A program made the position numbers and the translations under genes. From Fistulifera solaris (Eukaryota), in contig AP026124.1 in the NCBI GenBank assembly GCA_030295235.1, forward strand, positions 806,001 through 870,000: 64,000 nucleotides of DNA, read 5' to 3'. Of this stretch, positions 59,061 to 64,000 are shown one piece after another; position 1 is the stretch's first letter; every line of letters starts with the position of its first letter. The notes beneath the pieces are model-generated. The model had not been told where the DNA came from, searched no databases, and saw nothing but the letters and a program-made list of their open reading frames with translations.

Positions 59061-59955
59061 TATTGTTCTGCTTTGCGAAAATTATTCTGTGCTCAAAATT
59101 CGAGATGCTCAGTAATCGGATAACAGCGTCACAACGTTAGCGAAACACGTGCTCCTAGTTCGGATAGTACGGCGATGAAGGTAAATTTTTAACTGTGAGT
59201 AGATCCAAAGATGGAACGATGAATCTGTTTTAATCGATACAAAAGGCAACGTTGAAATGGAAAACAAGGTCACATTAACGAGAAGACGGTTTAGAAAATA
59301 GAAAGAGACTGCGAGGAGGACGATCGGACTGGGGTACAAAGTACTTGTACTGGTACGTCAGTTCGCCGATAGGATCTTGTTTGGCGTCAGTCGTGGATAC
59401 CTTGTTTCCCTACTATATTCCCACGAAGTGAGTTTAGTACTCGTACCGGCACTAAATATAGGTTCAATTTTGAATGCCAATCCTAAGACCTATGAGGCAG
59501 TCTAATCTTAACAATATCATCATCAGCACCGAAACAACGCGTTTTTGCAATCAATTCCAACAGTCACCATTCAACGTTAACATTATCGCCCAAAACGTTG
59601 TTGTTTACACCCTTAACAGTTTGTTTTATCTATGAACTTGTTAAGCTTCTCTCGCGACGGGATTCTGTCAAGAATTGATGACCGAGATCTTGCATGAGCG
59701 GCGATAATGCAGACTATCACTATCATTGTACCTTCGAAAGCCGAATCGTATGTCAACAGCAGTTAATTTCAAAATGAAAATAAACTATTTTTGGACAGTA
59801 AGCCTCGTGTAAGCTGTGAGCCAATCAGCCCAACAAAATGGTTCATAGCATGTATTTTTCAATCAGCGTAGAATAAAAAACTTGATAAAGCACTACTTCA
59901 AGTCCAAGATGAAGGCATATTTCAAAATCTATTACTCCGTACAATCCATGTCGAT

Positions 59956-61210
59956 TTATGCACTAACCATTTCCGGCTCTTTCGCCGATTCGGGAACGGG
60001 TTCCTCCATCATGGATGCGCTATCAAGAGCCATTCCCATAGCATGTAGACCATTGTCGACGTACATCGTGATACCAGTGATAGTGCGAGCCATGGGACTG
60101 AGCAAAAATAAACCAGCATTGCCAACATCATCGTTGTACAAGTCCTGAGCCAAAGGGGCGTTGGCCTTGCTGTAGTCGATAGCCTTCTCAATGAATGTTC
60201 TCGATCCAGGCTCCTTCGACTTACCAATTGCAGTGGCAGCTCGGCTCTTTAGGGGACCAGCAGAGATCGTGTTCACGCGGATTCCGTACTTGCGTCCCGC
60301 CTCAAAGGCAAGAGTGCGTGTGTCACTCTCGAGTTGGGCCTTGGCGGACGACATACCGCCTCCATAACCAGGGATGGCCTTCTCAGAAGCAATGTACGTG
60401 AGGGAGAGGAACGAACCACCCTCATTCATGATGGGACCAAATTTCTGAAGAAGCGACACGGCAGAGTACGCAGAAGCAGAGGAAGCGGCGAGGTAACCCT
60501 TACGAGAAGTCTCGAGAAGAGGCTTCACAACTTCAGGACCGTTCGCAAGGGAGTGAACCAAAATATCGATCTTTCCGTAATCGGCTTCGACAGCCTTGGC
60601 GACTTCGGAAATAGTGAAACCATCCAAGCCTGCATAACGTTTGTTGTTCTTGATGTCCTCAGGGACATCATCAGGCTCATCGAACACAGCATCCAAGGGG
60701 TAAACCTTTTCGATGGTCATTTTGGAACCATCCGACAAAGTGGAGTCTTCGTCGAACTGACCCTTGCTTAAACCCATCTGGAAAATCTTGAGCACAGGAG
60801 GCCAAGTTCCGACAACAATAGTAGCACCGGCATCAGCAAGGGCGCGAGCGATAGCCCAACCGTACCCTTGGGAGTCAGCAACACCAGCAACGAAAGCCAC
60901 TTTGCCCTTCAAATCGACCGTTTTGGCCATGTGAAGGCTAGTATCGGCAACTCTGGGCGATTGGGCGACATAAGATGCCGATCGCGTACCGTATCCTGTT
61001 ACAGCGAATTAATGAAAGATTAGAGAGACGAAATTTCGGCGAGAAAAGCGTTGCGGGGAGATGGTTCCTGGGAGGCAAGAGTCGACGACCCGTGCTCGAC
61101 TCATTCTCGAGTAGCCTGTCGATCATTAACGTACCGAAAGAAGACGGGGCGAAGGCATTGCTAGAAGCCGACAAGAACACGGCAATGAGTAAAGTAACAC
61201 GAGAGATCAT
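59956..61210 (-). CDS. fabI: Plastid enoyl-ACP reductase, copy 2; intron 60996-61134
   Basis: Exon 1 [26 protein letters not shown]; exon 2 matches copy 1; ends [18 protein letters not shown]. Confidence 0.95.
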
Positions 61211-61719
61211 TATTCTTTATCAAATTATGTAGGAACTATTATGGGAAAACCAGCAACTATGACGAGGCAGATCAAATTTGTTACGTTTGTGAGAATTCTC
61301 AGTGTTGTGATGGATGATGAATGGCAATAGTCAACATCACGTCTTTTTGTGGAAGAGCAAACACACACGTCATACGTCACACAATACTTTGTACAGTAAC
61401 GAAATCTACAAGCAATGAAGTATCGGGTATTGGCAACGGTTATGTACGTCTGCAAACTCGTTTTATAGAATGACCTACTGAGCCGAACCGGTACTGTGTC
61501 TTGTCCGAGTGCACTAGCTTTCAAAATTTACGAGGGAGGGATCTCGTTAAATTCGCTATTCTTGCAGGCTAAGATGGGTCACTCCAACAAAACCATTGTC
61601 GCCTTTGCATACGGCAGATGCATAATCCGAAGTTTGTGGTAACCAATGAAGAACGATGTAATCTCGAACGAATGGGCTATTGTTTAAACCCTATTTCTTC
61701 TCACGGGAGGTAAAGAAGA

Positions 61720-62442
61720 CTAGCCAAAGTACCCACGGGACAAAGGCGCGCCTTCCATCAATGGACGCATTTCAAGCTCTTGCAACTCTTTTCGCTCCAC
61801 GCGCATGCGTATTCGTTCGTTCTGACTTTTCAAGCTACGACCGAGCCGATCATAGTATTCCCATGATTTTGGATAAGAATCTGTTTGCGCATGTCCCATG
61901 GACCTCTTTACAGCTTCTTGTTTGGCTTCCATGATACTATTGACCCAGACAAGTGCTTGCTCATGATCGCTTGCGCAATAGTAATACTGTTTCCGAAACG
62001 TTGACACACAAAACAGCGTGCCGACTTCCAAAGGCGTCCTTTCGTTGCCAATAGGCAGACATCGCAGGGAGTTGTTATCTACGATAAATGCTTCTAATGA
62101 ACTCAGAGCCAACGGGCTACCTTTGGGATGAGAAGGGGTGTCTCTTTGTGTAACATGATCCTCAAACTTGTATAGGTAGCTACCCAATAAAACAAGGTAA
62201 CGCGCTTCCCAGCTAGGACAGGAAAATCGATTGAGCACTGGAACAGATGCGACGCATCTCTGTATGAAACGCGGCAATAACGAGTAAATCAGAGGGATGT
62301 GTAGTTTCCGAACCGGTCCATGTTCCTGAGGCGATGCCTTCAGCAATGCGGAACGACTCAAAGCGAGAGGTGACGATGCACTACCTTTGCTCATTATTTC
62401 GGCGGTAGATCCTCGGCGTTGGCGTAATTGCCCTTGTGACAT
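61720..62442 (-). CDS. PH-domain protein
   Basis: WEARYLVLLGSYLYKF, PKGSPL, FCVSTFRKQYYYCASDHEQALVWVNSI match PH strand/helix pattern; likely start MSQGQLRQRR at 62442. Confidence 0.75.
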   Translation of the reverse strand: MSQGQLRQRRGSTAEIMSKGSASSPLALSRSALLKASPQEHGPVRKLHIPLIYSLLPRFIQRCVASVPVLNRFSCPSWEARYLVLLGSYLYKFEDHVTQRDTPSHPKGSPLALSSLEAFIVDNNSLRCLPIGNERTPLEVGTLFCVSTFRKQYYYCASDHEQALVWVNSIMEAKQEAVKRSMGHAQTDSYPKSWEYYDRLGRSLKSQNERIRMRVERKELQELEMRPLMEGAPLSRGYFG

Positions 62443-62973
62443 ACTGAGATGAAAGAAACGATCGTATTTACGTTTGCAACAAGTATCTTTTTTCATTTAC
62501 CCACCTCTTCCTTTTCTTTCTGACTCCGCGTTCTCACGAGAAACAAAAACTCGTTCCGTATTCCGTATCCCTTATCCCTTTCTTTTTCGCGTAAGTACCG
62601 GTTATAATTTTCCGGTATCCGTTTTCCATAGTGAAACACTTGTAAATGTCGTGGAGACTCATTTGCTTCTTTGAAAATTGAAATTCCTATCAGCCTCATT
62701 TTCTGTGTCGATGTATGAAGTACAATGTTTGCACAGGGAATCTTGGTGAAGCCCTTTGCAACCGCAAAAGTTGTCCCCCCCCTCCCCCCCCTGAACACGC
62801 ACTTCGTTCGGCAAAGCCCATCACTCAAAACCGAAAGACGCCGTTCCACAACGAGGCCAATACCAGGTACAAGTGCAGCCAGTCAGCAGCCCAACAACAG
62901 CGAAAGCCACCATCAACTTGACGTTGTCATCGTTGTTTCCCGGAATAATAAAGAAAACAACCCCACTTGCATC

Positions 62974-63405
62974 ATGATTTCCCGTATCCTACTCCTCCTT
63001 ACTGTTCTTGTGCTTGGAACTGAGGTATGTAGTTAAAGCACGAAAAATAAATTTTGCTCGGCCAGGCAATTTTTCTAGATTGCTTCGTCTCGCCAATAGC
63101 ATCGCTTGTGACTCACGTCTTTTTTATTCGAAATACAGGCATTTGTTATCCCCACTTTGCCTTCGTCTTCCAGCGTATCGCCTTTGATGGCCAGCCGCGT
63201 CAACGCCAAGAAGGAAAAGATCAAGCGCAACCGTGACAACATGCGCAAGTTCAAGTCCGTCGGACGCAAAGGAACCAGCCGCAGAAAGATGCTCAAGAAG
63301 GCACAAGCTTCCAAAGCTCGTCAAACGGAAGCCGAATTCATTGCTCAGTGCTACATCACCGCCCCTCCCCCCGAACTCTGTCGAGGAACCCAAGCAGTAA
63401 AATGA
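62974..63405 (+). CDS. Small, very basic protein with bipartite plastid-type leader; intron 63025-63138
   Basis: MISRILLLLTVLVLGTE|GTATGT...TACAG|AFVIPTLPSSSSVSPLM then ASRVNAKKEKIKRNRDNMRKFKSVGRKGTSRRKMLKK. Confidence 0.78.
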
Positions 63406-63595
63406 TTGTTTTCTTTTTTAAATAATAAAAAGTAAATGGGAATGAATGTGGTGATTCGCCTTCTGTGATTGAGAGTTTGCGGTCCTATTACCTAGACTAG
63501 CTCGTAGTTTTTTTCTATTTATTTAATGCTTATCGTGAATAAGTATTTTCCTCAGTAGTTTCCAAAATATTTCGATTCGCACCAAGCGTCACTCC

Positions 63596-64000
63596 TTATT
63601 CTTCATCCACTCGCTGACTAACAGCACCACTTTCCACGACAACATGTGGACGAGGCTCAACCATTCTTCGGGCAGTCTTTCCCATAGGGTTGGGTCTGTC
63701 TTCCAAAGCAGTCTCATTGGGGAAAAGCTCGCACTGTGCTTTCTGCATCATGATGTGATCCATCAATGTCAAGGCAACCATTGCTTCCACCATCGGAACA
63801 GCACGGGGTAGAACACACGGGTCATGGCGACCTTTGCCTCGCAACTCTACTTCCGTTCCGTCTCGTGTCACAGTTTTCTACAGACAGACAAAAAGGAAAT
63901 GTCGATAGTGAGAACGAATGCTCGATAAATGCACGAAGAAAGTAAAAACGGTGAAAGTATTACGTACCTGTACTTGTCCAATGGTAGAAGTTGGCTTGAA
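63596..64000 (-). CDS. aroC: Chorismate synthase, 3' part (gene runs off the window); intron 63878-63967
   Basis: [18 protein letters not shown]...[21 protein letters not shown], the chorismate synthase signature. Confidence 0.93.

Overview
Gene-dense eukaryotic nuclear DNA, almost certainly a diatom (inferred from ASAFAP-type bipartite plastid leaders, 67-139 nt GT-AG introns and diatom-type TM+LRR and cyclophilin-like families). Many genes, including essential ones, are split by single-base frameshifts, mostly at homopolymers; these look like uncorrected long-read errors. Housekeeping genes include mitochondrial rpS9, COQ3, RRP6, RNase Z, ECH1, SDH4, RPB3, TSR3, UBLCP1, TAP42, CK2 alpha, two fabI copies and the 3' end of chorismate synthase. 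The main feature is a ~22.6 kb apparently intronless gene (26602-49247, +) encoding a ~7,500 aa protein: roughly 115 diverged 47-aa Trp-anchored repeats (alternating A/B through much of the array), one hydrophobic segment and a C-terminal Cys-capped LRR domain. It lies head-to-head with a kinesin-like gene that has degenerate switch motifs, a TQT motif cluster and an acidic repeat tail. Other points of interest are tandem repeats of a tRNA-Thr 3' end, two fabI paralogues identical only over exon 2, a Nudix-HAD fusion, a small basic plastid-targeted protein and a TACC(W)GGTA palindrome seen only in intergenic DNA.
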